Source of the DNA: a virus
Lineage: Duplodnaviria; Caudoviricetes
Reading direction: 5' to 3' (one strand)
Length of the DNA stretch: 64,000 bases
Virus record (IMG/VR): IMGVR_UViG_3300035562_000082
Location: 53,595-117,594 of that record
Both the position numbers and the translations under genes were made by a program. The notes under the pieces were generated by a model. The model was not told the origin of the DNA, did no database searches, and saw only the letters and a list, made by a program, of their open reading frames with translations. Within the stretch, counting starts at the first letter, position 1. Every line of letters starts with the position of its first letter. Shown here piece by piece: positions 42,824-53,682 of this stretch.

Positions 42824-45800
42824 CACGCCGATCATCGGCTATCGCTACTACCTGGGCACGCACTTGGTGTTGTGCCACGGTCCTGTTGACTCTGTGAACC
42901 ACTTTCGTCAGCCGGACAACAATACGATCATCTGGCCGAATTATTTGCCCGATAGTCCAGAAACTCCGGTTTTGAACCCCGCCCATGGAGTACTGAGTTT
43001 CAACAACAACGGGTACTACACACCCGGTCCGATTCGCGCAAGCAGCGTTGACAACTTCATCAACGCCCCTGGTGCCTATGGGGGAGTCCAGCGCGAGGGT
43101 GGGGTGATGGGGTTCTTTGACGTAATGATGGGCGAGCCCGCACAAGGTCCGAACGCCTATCTCACGTCAAAGATCATCGGTTTGGTCGGTAGTCCGGCTG
43201 GTACGTACCTGGGTTCAGGCGCGCTTCAATCGCCGCCTTGGGATGGTAATTGGAATACCAACGCGACGCCCACTAGTGCGGTCAATGGCGCGGTGTATTT
43301 GATTTTGCCCCCGGCTTCTGGGGGTTGGTTGGGCAGGGACAATCAGATAGCCACTTGGAATTCCGCTGGCGGGCCGACCGGTGGGCCTGGAGTACCTACG
43401 GGCCAGACTAATGGTATTTGGGAGTACTCGGGTCTTCCGGCGGTGGTGGGCGTGACGTTTGAGGTCGTGCCCACCAGTACGTTCTACACCTGGAATGGTG
43501 GGGCGTGGGTGATCCAAAAGGCTCTGCAACCGGCGTATCGTGGGGTTAGCGGTGTGGTGATGAAGCGCTGTTTCTTTGCGGCGTTCAATCCGTACATCAA
43601 GACCTTGGCCATTGAGTGCACGCGCATTCACAAGGCGCAAGACGGTACTGCCCAGTGGAATGACGCACAGGCGGAGGTGCCTCCGGGTTCAGGTGATATG
43701 AACCCCGCGCATATCATCTACGAGTGTTTGACCAACGGTGCATGGGGTAAGGGCTATAGCCAGACGCAGTTGGATATGGCGAGCTTCACCGCCGCTGCAC
43801 AGACGTTGTTCAACGAAGGACTTGGGCTGTCGTTGTTGTGGGACCAATCGAATTCCATTGATGATTTCATCAATCAGGTGATGGAGCACGCGGATGGTAG
43901 TGTGTTTGTCCATCAACAGACGAGCCTGTGGACGATCAAACTGGTTCGCAATGACTATGTGATCAGCACGCTGCCGGTGTTGGATCCGACGAACATCATC
44001 AGCATGACCAACGCCACTCGGCCGTTGACGGTTGAGCTTACGAATCAGGTGACGGTCACGTACTTGGATCGCGGCACGCATCAGCCAACGCCGATCACGA
44101 TTCAGAATATTGCGGCGTTGGAGGCCGCTAATGGACTGGTGAATGAAAAAGCACTGGATCGGCAGGGCATCAGCAATCAAACACTGGCATTGCGCGTGGC
44201 TCAACGGGATCTGCATGAACTGGGCAGCGCGTTGTTCAAGTGCAAGCTGGAGTGTAACCGCACGGCCTGGGTGTTGACCGTCAGTCAGCCGTTTGTACTG
44301 AATTGGCCGGACCTTGGACTATTGAATCTGGTGATGCGGCCGGTGAACATCGACTTTGGACTGCTGGAAGACGGCAAGATCGTACTAGATTGCATTGAGG
44401 ACGTGTTTGCACTACCGGCCGTGTCGTATCAGGCACCACAGACCACCCAATGGACGAGCCCGTATAGCCCGCCGATCAATCTGCCGGCGCAGTACGTGCA
44501 GGCTATGCCGTTTTACACGGTGGTCCGTAGTATTTTCGGCGGTAGCATGACCGCGTACAACACGCTGGCGGCAGCGGACGATCTGTTGGTAACCGCAGGA
44601 TCGGTCAGTGCTGGTGATGTACTGAGCGTCCGGGCGTTGGTCAGCGTCGATGGTGGGAGGACGTACGCTCAGCATGGATCGACTCCGGTTTGTCCGTCGG
44701 CGTTGATAAGTGCGTCTATGGGCTATCTGGATACCGTTGCGACGTTGACCAACGGTATTGACCTGACGAACGTGGTGATCGGCACGTACGCGGCGATCGA
44801 CGACGAGGTGGTGGTCGTCAATTCATTGGATCCGGTATCCGGAACGTTGGGCCTTGGTCGTGGATGTCTGGACACCATTCCGCAGCAGCATCTGGCCAAT
44901 GCCTTGATCATGTTCGTTGATGGCTGGCAGACGCTGGACACTACTGAATATGCGCTTGGCCAGAATCTGCATGTCAAGCTGTTGGAGGTCACGTCCAGGG
45001 GTACGCTCGATCTGTCGGCCGCGACTGAGCACTCGATCACGTTCAATGAACGGCAGATCCGGCCGTATCCGCCGGGGAATTTCAGGATCGACGGTGTGGG
45101 GTTTCCGGCGACCGAAACGCCTACGGGTCTGAACATGACCGTCAGTTGGGCGCACCGTGATCGCACGCAACAACTGGCTGCGCCGATTGACACCACGCAG
45201 GGGAATATTGGGCCGGAGGCGGGGGTTACGTACAACCTACGGGTGTACCTGTCGGCCAGCAACACGCAGATAGCGAATTACCCGGGGTTGACCACCACCA
45301 GTCAGCTTGTGCCGTTACCCAATGGTAATTATCCAGTGCGGGTCGAGCTTGAGTCCGTGCGCGGTGGGATCCTGTGCTGGCAGCCATACGCGTACACGTT
45401 TAACGTCGTACAGACATTGGCACCGAATTACGCGTTGTTGTTGAGCGCGAATTTGGTGTTGACCGGTTGGCCGCCGCTGTCGATCACCCCTTTGTACTAT
45501 GTACCGGGAACCGGATCGATACAGTTTACTGGTTATGCCCCGATTCCGTTTGTTCCGACGGTTCCACAGCCGGGAACTGGGTCAATGGTGCTGGCGGGTT
45601 ATGCACCGACGGTGGTGAACACGTTGTTGACGACTCCGGGTGTTGGGTCTCTGGGGTTGACTGGGCACGCGCCGTTGACGTTGTTTAGTCACGTTATTCC
45701 GTCAGGGAATTTGGCGGTTACAACCTACGCTCCAATTGTACCGGCTGGGCCGGGTGTGGATGCACTGTTCATCACCGGTTATGCACCGACGGTGATGATT

Positions 45801-47204
45801 GCCTCTAGTGGGGTTGTTGTGCAACCAGGGGCTGGATCGTTGTCGATCGTTGGCCAACCGTTGGTGCAACCGCAAGTACTACTGCATTTTGACGGCGCAA
45901 ACGGTAGTACATCGATCGTTGATCAAGGCGGAAGTTCGTGGACCGTGCATAACAGCGCGGCGCTCTCTACGACCCAAGCTAAGTTTGGTCCTTCTTCGCT
46001 TGGGTTGTCTGCCGGCGGTTTTATAACTTCCCCCTCAAGTTCACTTTTGACTCCGGGTGCAAATGACTTTACGTACGAGTGCTGGGTGTATTTGAACTCG
46101 TATACCTCTGGTCAAGCAGGGTTGTTTGATAAACAGGCAAGTAATGTGTCCTTTAGTGGGGCTAACTGTGTCGTTTTTACAAACGGCAACCCGTTCTTTA
46201 TTGTGGCCAGTAGTTCTGGATCCTGGGGGGTTACGTTAACCGGTAGTAGTGTGGTTTCGCTTAATACGTGGACGCATTTGGCGTTTGTTCGGTACGGTAA
46301 TACCTGGACTATTTACCAGGATGGTGTGAATGTTGGGCAAACAACAGCTTCGTTTACGGTCCACGACGATGGAAGCGATCAAATCATTGGTGCTGCTTGG
46401 AACAGTGGACCCGGTTCGTACCTTGATGGGTACATTGATGAAGTCCGGATACTGAACGGCACAGCCGCGTACACCGCAAACTTCACGCCACCAGGGCAAC
46501 CATTTGCACCGGGGGGTGATACGGATGCGAGTATCCCGGCAGGTTCGTTGTCAATGAGTGAGCAAACGCCTGCTTTTAATAATTTGTTGTTAATGCATTT
46601 TGAGGGAACTAATGGTTCTACAACTTTTACTGATGAGTACGGAAGTAGTTGGGTAGTTGCTAGTGGTTCTCCTTCATTATCAACTGCACAAGCCAAGTTT
46701 GGTTCATCTTCGCTGTTTCCTAATGATGGGTGGATCCAAACATCAAGTACACCGTTTGCGTTTGGCACAAGCGACTTCACGGTTGAGTGTTGGATTTATC
46801 CAACGAGTCTGAGTGGCGCACAGGCGGTTTGCGGCACCGTAGTGGGTCCGGATCCAATCCACGGATTCGTGATTTTAACAAATGGTTCTAATCTTGAAAT
46901 TTTGGCTGAACATAGTGGGGGATGGAACATTGATATTCAAGCTGGCACAGTAGCTACTAATAGTTGGCAACATGTAGCGTTAGTACGAAAGGGGGGTTCA
47001 TGGGGATTGTTTTTGGACGGTGTTAGTGTTGGTACTCAAACTTTTTCTGGTTCGGTTGGGGCTAGCAGTAGTTACTTGCAAATCGGTAGAGGGGGTGATA
47101 GTACTAGTCAATGGCCGGGGTATATTGATGAGTTTAGGATCAGTACAATAGCTCGGTATACACCGGGGGTTAACTTTACGCCATCTGGACCATTTTTGCC
47201 GTAG
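42810..47204 (+). CDS. Central tail/host-specificity protein with a DUF2793-like insert, GYAPT repeats and two C-terminal LamG-like domains
   Basis: LCHGPVD, PAYRG, DMNPAHIIYECLTN, RG-x-LDT, RPYPPG; two LLHF-x-G-x-NGST...FT-x-ECW...GYIDE-x-RI units. Confidence 0.85.
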   Translation: MGKSSTPIIGYRYYLGTHLVLCHGPVDSVNHFRQPDNNTIIWPNYLPDSPETPVLNPAHGVLSFNNNGYYTPGPIRASSVDNFINAPGAYGGVQREGGVMGFFDVMMGEPAQGPNAYLTSKIIGLVGSPAGTYLGSGALQSPPWDGNWNTNATPTSAVNGAVYLILPPASGGWLGRDNQIATWNSAGGPTGGPGVPTGQTNGIWEYSGLPAVVGVTFEVVPTSTFYTWNGGAWVIQKALQPAYRGVSGVVMKRCFFAAFNPYIKTLAIECTRIHKAQDGTAQWNDAQAEVPPGSGDMNPAHIIYECLTNGAWGKGYSQTQLDMASFTAAAQTLFNEGLGLSLLWDQSNSIDDFINQVMEHADGSVFVHQQTSLWTIKLVRNDYVISTLPVLDPTNIISMTNATRPLTVELTNQVTVTYLDRGTHQPTPITIQNIAALEAANGLVNEKALDRQGISNQTLALRVAQRDLHELGSALFKCKLECNRTAWVLTVSQPFVLNWPDLGLLNLVMRPVNIDFGLLEDGKIVLDCIEDVFALPAVSYQAPQTTQWTSPYSPPINLPAQYVQAMPFYTVVRSIFGGSMTAYNTLAAADDLLVTAGSVSAGDVLSVRALVSVDGGRTYAQHGSTPVCPSALISASMGYLDTVATLTNGIDLTNVVIGTYAAIDDEVVVVNSLDPVSGTLGLGRGCLDTIPQQHLANALIMFVDGWQTLDTTEYALGQNLHVKLLEVTSRGTLDLSAATEHSITFNERQIRPYPPGNFRIDGVGFPATETPTGLNMTVSWAHRDRTQQLAAPIDTTQGNIGPEAGVTYNLRVYLSASNTQIANYPGLTTTSQLVPLPNGNYPVRVELESVRGGILCWQPYAYTFNVVQTLAPNYALLLSANLVLTGWPPLSITPLYYVPGTGSIQFTGYAPIPFVPTVPQPGTGSMVLAGYAPTVVNTLLTTPGVGSLGLTGHAPLTLFSHVIPSGNLAVTTYAPIVPAGPGVDALFITGYAPTVMIASSGVVVQPGAGSLSIVGQPLVQPQVLLHFDGANGSTSIVDQGGSSWTVHNSAALSTTQAKFGPSSLGLSAGGFITSPSSSLLTPGANDFTYECWVYLNSYTSGQAGLFDKQASNVSFSGANCVVFTNGNPFFIVASSSGSWGVTLTGSSVVSLNTWTHLAFVRYGNTWTIYQDGVNVGQTTASFTVHDDGSDQIIGAAWNSGPGSYLDGYIDEVRILNGTAAYTANFTPPGQPFAPGGDTDASIPAGSLSMSEQTPAFNNLLLMHFEGTNGSTTFTDEYGSSWVVASGSPSLSTAQAKFGSSSLFPNDGWIQTSSTPFAFGTSDFTVECWIYPTSLSGAQAVCGTVVGPDPIHGFVILTNGSNLEILAEHSGGWNIDIQAGTVATNSWQHVALVRKGGSWGLFLDGVSVGTQTFSGSVGASSSYLQIGRGGDSTSQWPGYIDEFRISTIARYTPGVNFTPSGPFLP

Positions 47205-47268
47205 ATCGGAAGACCACCAGGACGTACAATCGGTTGAGCGGTGCAATTGATTGCCAAAGGGAGTGCCC

Positions 47269-47907
47269 ATGCGGATCTTCGATAGCGCGAATCCACTGCT
47301 TGTAGCGGTGTTGGGCGTTAGTACGAACGTGATCAACATTCAGAACAATGCGCAGGGTACGCCAGTCCCGTTTGCCACGTTGGTAGGCAATGCCCATATT
47401 ACGGCAGTGAATTCCACGCGGGCGAATCTGGATGTGATCAACACCTACTGGCCGAACTTTACGTTCAGTGGTGTGGTGGCCACGGATACGCTGTCGGTCA
47501 ACGGCGTGGTGTACACGGCGGTGGCCAGCGGCGCAACAGGCGCGCAGTTCAATGTTGGGGTGAGCGATGCGGCAACGGCCGCGAATTTCATCACGGTGTT
47601 CAACGCCGCGCAGGCCGTAGGTACGAGCGCCATGTGGACGGACCAAGGGCATGCAAAAGTTGAGTATCAAGCGACGGTCGATGGCACGGGTACTGTTGCT
47701 GCGAACGTACAGATTCAGGTGTCATTGGATGGTCAGAACATGTTCAATCACCCAACGCTCAGTGCATTTGCATTATCAGGCACGGCTCATGCACAGAGTA
47801 TTTCCCAGGAGGTGGATGCCTACCCGTTCTTTCAAGCGGTGGTGTCGGGTGTGACCCCCGCTGGCGCACGGGTGATCGTGACCTATCGGCCGACGAGGTT
47901 CATCTAG
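47269..47907 (+). CDS. Virion structural protein
   Basis: DTLSVNGVVYTAVASG resembles the repeat unit of 31013-32239. Confidence 0.6.
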   Translation: MRIFDSANPLLVAVLGVSTNVINIQNNAQGTPVPFATLVGNAHITAVNSTRANLDVINTYWPNFTFSGVVATDTLSVNGVVYTAVASGATGAQFNVGVSDAATAANFITVFNAAQAVGTSAMWTDQGHAKVEYQATVDGTGTVAANVQIQVSLDGQNMFNHPTLSAFALSGTAHAQSISQEVDAYPFFQAVVSGVTPAGARVIVTYRPTRFI

Positions 47908-47908
47908 T

Positions 47909-48511
47909 ATGCCCGGTCAGCGGGACTTGATGATCTACCGAGGGGCGACGTTCAACATGGTCCTTCGGTGGGAGAACATGCCGTACGTGTATGCGGCGAT
48001 TACCGGCGTTGCTCAAGCGGCCCCAGCACGTATCACCGCCGTTGGGCATGGGTTGGTGAACGGCTGGCGGGCGGCTGTGGTGTCGGTGCTGGGTATGGTG
48101 GAGATCAACGCCGAGAACGTTCCGCCGAAGAACAAGGACTATCATCAGGTTACGGTTGTTGATGCTAATACTGTGACGTTGAACGACGTGAATGCCGCTG
48201 GATTTACGCCCTATCAATCGGGCGGGTATTTGCAGTACCTGACGCCCGTGCCGTTGACTGGGTATACGGCGAAGATGTCGATCAAAGATCAGATTGATGG
48301 TCTGGAATTACTGCGGTTGGACACGACCAATGGCCGAATTGTAATTGATCCGACGGCGTTGACCATCACGTTGACGATCTTACCCGCTGATACAGCCGCG
48401 CTTATGTGGATGAACGGTGTGTACGATCTTGACATGGTAAGCCCAACTGGGGTCCTGACACCGTTGTTGGCGGGGTCTGTGCAGGTGATCAAGGACGTGA
48501 CCACCACATGA
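47909..48511 (+). CDS. Tail accessory (BppU-like) protein
   Basis: DL-x-IYRGATF...LTGYTAKM-x-I...GVYDL...LL-x-G-x-V. Confidence 0.65.
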   Translation: MPGQRDLMIYRGATFNMVLRWENMPYVYAAITGVAQAAPARITAVGHGLVNGWRAAVVSVLGMVEINAENVPPKNKDYHQVTVVDANTVTLNDVNAAGFTPYQSGGYLQYLTPVPLTGYTAKMSIKDQIDGLELLRLDTTNGRIVIDPTALTITLTILPADTAALMWMNGVYDLDMVSPTGVLTPLLAGSVQVIKDVTTT

Positions 48512-49020
48512 GCGACGAATTTACGGTGGTGGTGTTGGACAATGAACAGGTGGTTGCGCCGGGTAGGCAAGACCTCCAGGTGGTGATCACCACAAAGCCC
48601 GATGAGCAGGTGGTGTTGGAGGGTGGTTTAGGACCTGTAGGTCCACAAGGGCCTGTGGGTCCTTTTGGGGGCACGGTTGAGATCACGGTCACCATCGACG
48701 GTGGCGGGCAGGTCATTCCTCCAGGACCCCTTCAGGCGTACAAACCGGTGTCCGTCAGTGGCACGCTCATTGGTTGGTACATGGTGGCCGATGAAGTGGG
48801 TAGTATTTCCCTCGATGTGTGGAAAGCCCATGCGCAGGTACCCACCGCCGCGAATTTAATCAGTGGTTTATCGGGACCCGCGTTGTTGGATGGGCAGATT
48901 GCTAGTGCCAACATCTTGAGTGGTTGGCAAACTGTAATTGCGGCGGGTGATGTGTTTGGGTTCAACGTTGCGGCGTGTGTGGTGATCAAGCGCCTGACGT
49001 TGGTTTTGGTGTTTCACTAA
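48508..49020 (+). CDS. Tail accessory protein with a short collagen-like stretch
   Basis: GPVGPQGPVGP; IDGGG-x-VI; GSI-x-LDVWK. Confidence 0.65.
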   Translation: MSDEFTVVVLDNEQVVAPGRQDLQVVITTKPDEQVVLEGGLGPVGPQGPVGPFGGTVEITVTIDGGGQVIPPGPLQAYKPVSVSGTLIGWYMVADEVGSISLDVWKAHAQVPTAANLISGLSGPALLDGQIASANILSGWQTVIAAGDVFGFNVAACVVIKRLTLVLVFH

Positions 49021-49029
49021 GGAGTAGCG

Positions 49030-49275
49030 ATGACCGTTCAAGGGACGATGCAAGGACATGCACCGACGGTGGCCATTGGTACGGCCGAGCCGTTGGATTA
49101 TCCAGGCCCAACGCCGGAAATGCTGGCGGGCGATCCGTTGTTTGACGCCATCTGGGCGGCGATCAAGGGCTGGGACATCAGTCGGTTCAACAACGGGCTG
49201 TATGCGGCGGCTAATGGCAACGACGTTCGGCACATTTATGACGTAGTTCGTCCATTTTGTGCTGGTCAGAAATGA
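49030..49275 (+). CDS. Hypothetical protein
   Basis: AAGGAG RBS; F-x-AIW-x-AIKGWDI. Confidence 0.65.
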   Translation: MTVQGTMQGHAPTVAIGTAEPLDYPGPTPEMLAGDPLFDAIWAAIKGWDISRFNNGLYAAANGNDVRHIYDVVRPFCAGQK

Positions 49276-50714
49276 CTGTTCAGCGCCTTTGGCCGTTTGA
49301 CATGGAGGTCCATGATGTGCCGGTGTTGACCGAAAAACTGACTGAGCGTGAGAAGTACGAGAAGATCTGGGAGCACCCGCAGTACCGGGAGAACAGTCCG
49401 GGCGAACAGGCGGTGATGTACTTTCTGTCGCAAGCTCGCCCGATGTCCGATGCTACGTTGATCGACTACGGGGCCGGCACAGGTCGAGCGGCGTTCACAC
49501 TGGCGTTGATGGCCAAGCTCCGTGTGACCATGGTGGACTTTGCAAGCAATTGCTTGGACCCCGAGGTGTTTGCGTACACCGAGACCCAGCCTACGCGTAT
49601 TGGGTTCAAGCAGCATGATCTGACGCAGCCGTTGGATATCACGTCCGTCTACGGTTTCTGCACGGATGTACTGGAGCACATTCCACCGGAACAAGTGGAT
49701 TTAGTGCTGCATAACATCTTGACCAGCAGTCAGCACGTGTGGTTTCAGATTTCAACTGAGCCGGATCGTCTTGGGGCGTTGATTGGCGAGACCTTGCATT
49801 TGACGGTCCAGCCTTTTGCATGGTGGTTGGCGAAGCTCCAACAGCACGGTATGCACGTGCATTACAGTCAGAATTTTGAAGGCCATTGTGTGGTCTACGG
49901 CACGGCCTGGGCAACGACCAAGCAGGTGGTGATGGCCGGTGAGCCCAATGCCGGTGAACAGCAGTTGAATGCCAATGTGATTGAGAACCTGAAGGCCGGT
50001 TGGCCGCAGATTCAACCACATGAAGCTCAAGAACTGGAGATCGTGCTGTTAGCCGGTGGACCGAGTTTGAACGACTTTGTGGACGACATTCGAGCGCATA
50101 GGAAGCGCGCACCGTGTGTGATCACGGTCAACGGCACGTACAACTGGGCGATTGAACATCAGATTACGCCCAGTGCGTTGATCATGGTCGATGGCCGGGA
50201 GTTCATGGACAGGTTTGTGCGGGTCATGCTTCCAGACTGCAAGTACTTGATGGCCAGTCAGGTGTCGCCTAAGGTCATGGCCTGTTTGCCACGGGATCGT
50301 ACGTGGTTGTGGCATTCGGGGATTAACAAGGACGGTGAGAAGCTGGCACGGGAGTTGAACAACGGGCTGTTCTTTCCAATTCCCGGTGGTTGCACGGTAG
50401 TCACCCGGGCGATACCATTGTTGCGGATGTTGGGCTTCAGCAAGATCCATGTGTATGGATTTGATTCGTGCATGAACGCCGGAGTTCATCATGCGTATGC
50501 CCAGACTGAGAACGACGGTGAACTGGTGTTACCGGTTTCCTGTGGAGGTCGGACGTTTGAGTGCACGCCCTGGCAGGTGACGCAGGCTCAGGAGTTCATG
50601 GGCTTGGTGTCGTTGTTGGGGAGTGAAATGGAATTGGCGGTCTACGGCGATGGGCTCATCGCGCAGATCATCAACACCGGAGCATCGATGGAGCACTCGT
50701 TTCAACTTACTTGA
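49272..50714 (+). CDS. Class I SAM methyltransferase fused to a DUF115 (Maf/MptE-like) domain
   Basis: LIDYGAGTGR, CTDVLEHIP; LAGGPSL, ITVNG, MVDGR, GGCTV, LGFSKIHVYGFDS. Confidence 0.8.
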   Translation: MTVQRLWPFDMEVHDVPVLTEKLTEREKYEKIWEHPQYRENSPGEQAVMYFLSQARPMSDATLIDYGAGTGRAAFTLALMAKLRVTMVDFASNCLDPEVFAYTETQPTRIGFKQHDLTQPLDITSVYGFCTDVLEHIPPEQVDLVLHNILTSSQHVWFQISTEPDRLGALIGETLHLTVQPFAWWLAKLQQHGMHVHYSQNFEGHCVVYGTAWATTKQVVMAGEPNAGEQQLNANVIENLKAGWPQIQPHEAQELEIVLLAGGPSLNDFVDDIRAHRKRAPCVITVNGTYNWAIEHQITPSALIMVDGREFMDRFVRVMLPDCKYLMASQVSPKVMACLPRDRTWLWHSGINKDGEKLARELNNGLFFPIPGGCTVVTRAIPLLRMLGFSKIHVYGFDSCMNAGVHHAYAQTENDGELVLPVSCGGRTFECTPWQVTQAQEFMGLVSLLGSEMELAVYGDGLIAQIINTGASMEHSFQLT

Positions 50715-50723
50715 GGACCCGAC

Positions 50724-51158
50724 ATGGCCGCATCAGCATTCAGTATCTACAACAAGGCGAAGAAGTACATCGGTAATGGCACGGTGGTGTTGGGCACGAC
50801 CGCGTGCAAGATGAAGCTCACAACCAGCGCGTCGAACGCCAGTACGTTCACGCTCTCGACTTTTGCGTCGGTCACGGGTGAGATCAGTGCCCGGGGTGGG
50901 TATGTTGCCGGTGGTCGAGCACTGGCGTCCCAGATCTGGACCACCGGGGCGTCGGCCAAGCAGATGAAGTGGTCGTTCGCCAATCTGATCTTCACCGCCA
51001 ACGGCAGCCCGTTGAACAACGTGAAGTTCGCGGTGATCGGAGTGTCGGCCGGCAAGTGCATTTGTTGGTCAAAGCTGTCAACCGCGCAGTTCACGATCGC
51101 CACGGGCAATACGTTGACCGTGCAGTTCAACGCCTCTGGTGTGTTCACGCTGGCGTGA
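50724..51158 (+). CDS. Tail accessory structural protein
   Basis: E-x4-GYVAGG-x-AL...G-x-TLTVQFNASGVFTL. Confidence 0.65.
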   Translation: MAASAFSIYNKAKKYIGNGTVVLGTTACKMKLTTSASNASTFTLSTFASVTGEISARGGYVAGGRALASQIWTTGASAKQMKWSFANLIFTANGSPLNNVKFAVIGVSAGKCICWSKLSTAQFTIATGNTLTVQFNASGVFTLA

Positions 51159-51225
51159 TCTTTGGCTGTGTCGGGCACGGGAGGATCGCCAGTCCTCCCG
51201 ATTTTGCAATTGATTGCCAACGGCC

Positions 51226-51669
51226 ATGTTGCTCAATGATCGGATTCAGGAAACAACGACGGTTGCCGGTACGGGTCCGGCGACGCTTCTAGGTGCGGTA
51301 GCTAATTTTCTTCCGTTTTCGACCGTGTACACGGCGGCTAGTACGCCGAACGTGCCGTACACGATCGTTGATTCCACGAACAACGCTTGGGAAGTCGGGC
51401 TGGGCACGTACACGTTGTCCGGGGCCACGTTATCACGTGATCTTGTGCTGGATAGTAGTAATTCCAATGCGCTGGTGAACTTTGCGGGCGCGACTTCCGT
51501 GGTGTTTGTCACGGTTTCGGCGATGGCTCTTACTTGGCCGCTTGAAAAAGAGAGTCTGGATACCGGGGAGATCATGGTGATCCCTGCGAATTACCAGCAG
51601 GTGATTTGGGGGCAGTTCACTATGAATGGTGGTCTGCTCTATCTTTTTGGTGATTGGGTACACACATGA
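51226..51669 (+). CDS. Tail accessory protein (DR-x-x-ETTT-x-x-GTG family)
   Basis: Paralog of 24876 and 52876. Confidence 0.7.
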   Translation: MLLNDRIQETTTVAGTGPATLLGAVANFLPFSTVYTAASTPNVPYTIVDSTNNAWEVGLGTYTLSGATLSRDLVLDSSNSNALVNFAGATSVVFVTVSAMALTWPLEKESLDTGEIMVIPANYQQVIWGQFTMNGGLLYLFGDWVHT

Positions 51670-52865
51670 CCATCTTTAATAAGGTCGCGGGCGATCAAGT
51701 GGTCGTCAGCCAAGATATATCGCTCTTGCGCGAGGGTTCGCATGGGGCGTTGAGCAGCGGCAATCTTTATACGCTGGTTGGCGATTATGTAATGAAGTAC
51801 TGGTCGCACAATACGGCGATCAACGCTTTGACCGGTAACTTTTCAAACACCGATGACAGTGGTACCTGCACGTTGATCGTGTTTACCGAGGGTCTGCCGA
51901 CGGTCAATGGTAATTCGTTGTGGAGCATTTATTCGGCGCCGGCTGTAGGAGCTAATGCAGCGCCGAATTTTTCTACCACACCGTTGTACTCGATGAACTT
52001 GCAGACTGGTGCGGCCACTCTTGGTAGTTTGACGGTCAACGGCAGTGTGTTGAGCAGCAAGTTGGCGATTTCAAGCACAGGTACACCTGTGGGCACGCCC
52101 AATGCGGCGGGCGGGGGAACGGTTGCGGCGGGTAACAACTATTGTAAGATCGTGGCCGTTGATTCTGTGGGGGGTTTGACGGTCGCTAGTGCTGAATCGG
52201 CCCAGGTTGTGACCACTGGTTCAACTTCTACCATTGCATGGCAGTGGAATCCGGTGTTGGGGGCTGCCAGTTATCAAGTGTGGTTGGGGACATCGAGTGG
52301 GGGCGAGACGCACTTTGCGACCTCAACTATTCCGTACTACGTGCAGACGCTGCCAGCGGCGTCGCTCACATCGGGCACGATTAATCTGGCGGATGGCACG
52401 GGTCAGGGTAAGTTCTACGGTACAACCGCAGGTGACAGTGTAGCGGCGGGGCAGGTTGGTGAAGTCATTACCGCTACGGTGGCCAGTGGCTCTGCGGTGG
52501 CGTTGACAACGGCTACGGGCAAGACCGTAACTTCGATTGCACTTACAGCCGGTGATTGGTGGGTGAATTGGGTGGGGGATTTTATACCCGCAGCCACTAC
52601 CAGTATTACGACCTTGGCCTGTGGTTTGGGTACGACCACTAATACTCTATTGGGGCAAGCCGGGGGTGGTGGGATTGGTACAGATCCAGCGGTTAGTGTT
52701 GCGGAGGCGGCTAATGTACCAGGGGCCAATGTGATCGCCATGGCCGGAGGTCCAGTGAGGGTTAACATTACAACGGCCACGACCATCTATTTAGTGGCGT
52801 TGGCTAATTTCACAGTTAGCACGCTATCGGCCTACGGTACGATCACTGCTGAGCGTCGGCGTTAG
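51666..52865 (+). CDS. Tail fibre-like protein
   Basis: Thr/Gly/Ala-rich; AAGQVGE...TSIALTAGDW. Confidence 0.65.
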   Translation: MTIFNKVAGDQVVVSQDISLLREGSHGALSSGNLYTLVGDYVMKYWSHNTAINALTGNFSNTDDSGTCTLIVFTEGLPTVNGNSLWSIYSAPAVGANAAPNFSTTPLYSMNLQTGAATLGSLTVNGSVLSSKLAISSTGTPVGTPNAAGGGTVAAGNNYCKIVAVDSVGGLTVASAESAQVVTTGSTSTIAWQWNPVLGAASYQVWLGTSSGGETHFATSTIPYYVQTLPAASLTSGTINLADGTGQGKFYGTTAGDSVAAGQVGEVITATVASGSAVALTTATGKTVTSIALTAGDWWVNWVGDFIPAATTSITTLACGLGTTTNTLLGQAGGGGIGTDPAVSVAEAANVPGANVIAMAGGPVRVNITTATTIYLVALANFTVSTLSAYGTITAERRR

Positions 52866-52875
52866 GACTTGACCG

Positions 52876-53232
52876 ATGCCGTACATGGATGATCGGATCA
52901 AGGAAACAACGACCACGACTGGTACCGGCACTATCACGTTATTGGGGGCAGTAGCTGATTTTCAATCTTTTGCCACGGCTTTTGGTGCATCGTCGTTGCG
53001 TGTGAGCTACTGTATAGACGACGGTGTGAGTAATTGGGAGGTTGGTTTTGGGACGTTCAATGGCACAACGTCGTTGACGCGGGACAAGGTGTATTCCAGT
53101 AGTAATGCCGGGGCGTTGGTCAACTTTTCTGCGGGCACGAAGATCGTTTTTTGTTCGGCCGTTGCGGACACACTTACCAATTCGCTTGTGGGCTTCCAGT
53201 ATCTAGCAGCCCGCAGCTTTTTTTTACCATAG
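52876..53232 (+). CDS. Tail accessory protein (DR-x-KETTT-x-x-GTG family)
   Basis: Paralog of 24876 and 51226. Confidence 0.7.
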   Translation: MPYMDDRIKETTTTTGTGTITLLGAVADFQSFATAFGASSLRVSYCIDDGVSNWEVGFGTFNGTTSLTRDKVYSSSNAGALVNFSAGTKIVFCSAVADTLTNSLVGFQYLAARSFFLP

Positions 53233-53241
53233 GGGGCGTAT

Positions 53242-53679
53242 ATGCCGGGTAACACCGACCCGATCTTTTCACGCGTAGCGGATGTTTCTAACAACGCCGG
53301 CACCGGCATGAATCAGCCAATTACGTCCGCTGCTAATGATTTTACTGGCGCTGGGGCAAATAATTCGTTGGTGTTCACCGCCGACGCCACCAATGGGGGG
53401 TTCATTCAACGATTGAGGTTCAAGGCCGCCGGTACTAACGTGGCGTCCGTTGCGCGTATTTTTATCAACAACGGATCGACTCACACTACAGCCGCGAATA
53501 ACACGTTTTATGGTGAGATCGGTCTGCCGGCTACGACCTCAAGTGCTACGGGGGTAACAGGCTCGGATATTGATTACCCGTTGAACATAGCGTTGAACGC
53601 GGGATTCACGATCTACGTTGGACTTGGAACAACGGTTGCCGCTGGTTGGGTGATTACTCCAGTGGCCGGAAAGTATTGA
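53242..53679 (+). CDS. Tail accessory structural protein
   Basis: Beta-rich 145 aa protein in the fibre cluster. Confidence 0.6.
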   Translation: MPGNTDPIFSRVADVSNNAGTGMNQPITSAANDFTGAGANNSLVFTADATNGGFIQRLRFKAAGTNVASVARIFINNGSTHTTAANNTFYGEIGLPATTSSATGVTGSDIDYPLNIALNAGFTIYVGLGTTVAAGWVITPVAGKY

Positions 53680-53682
53680 GTT

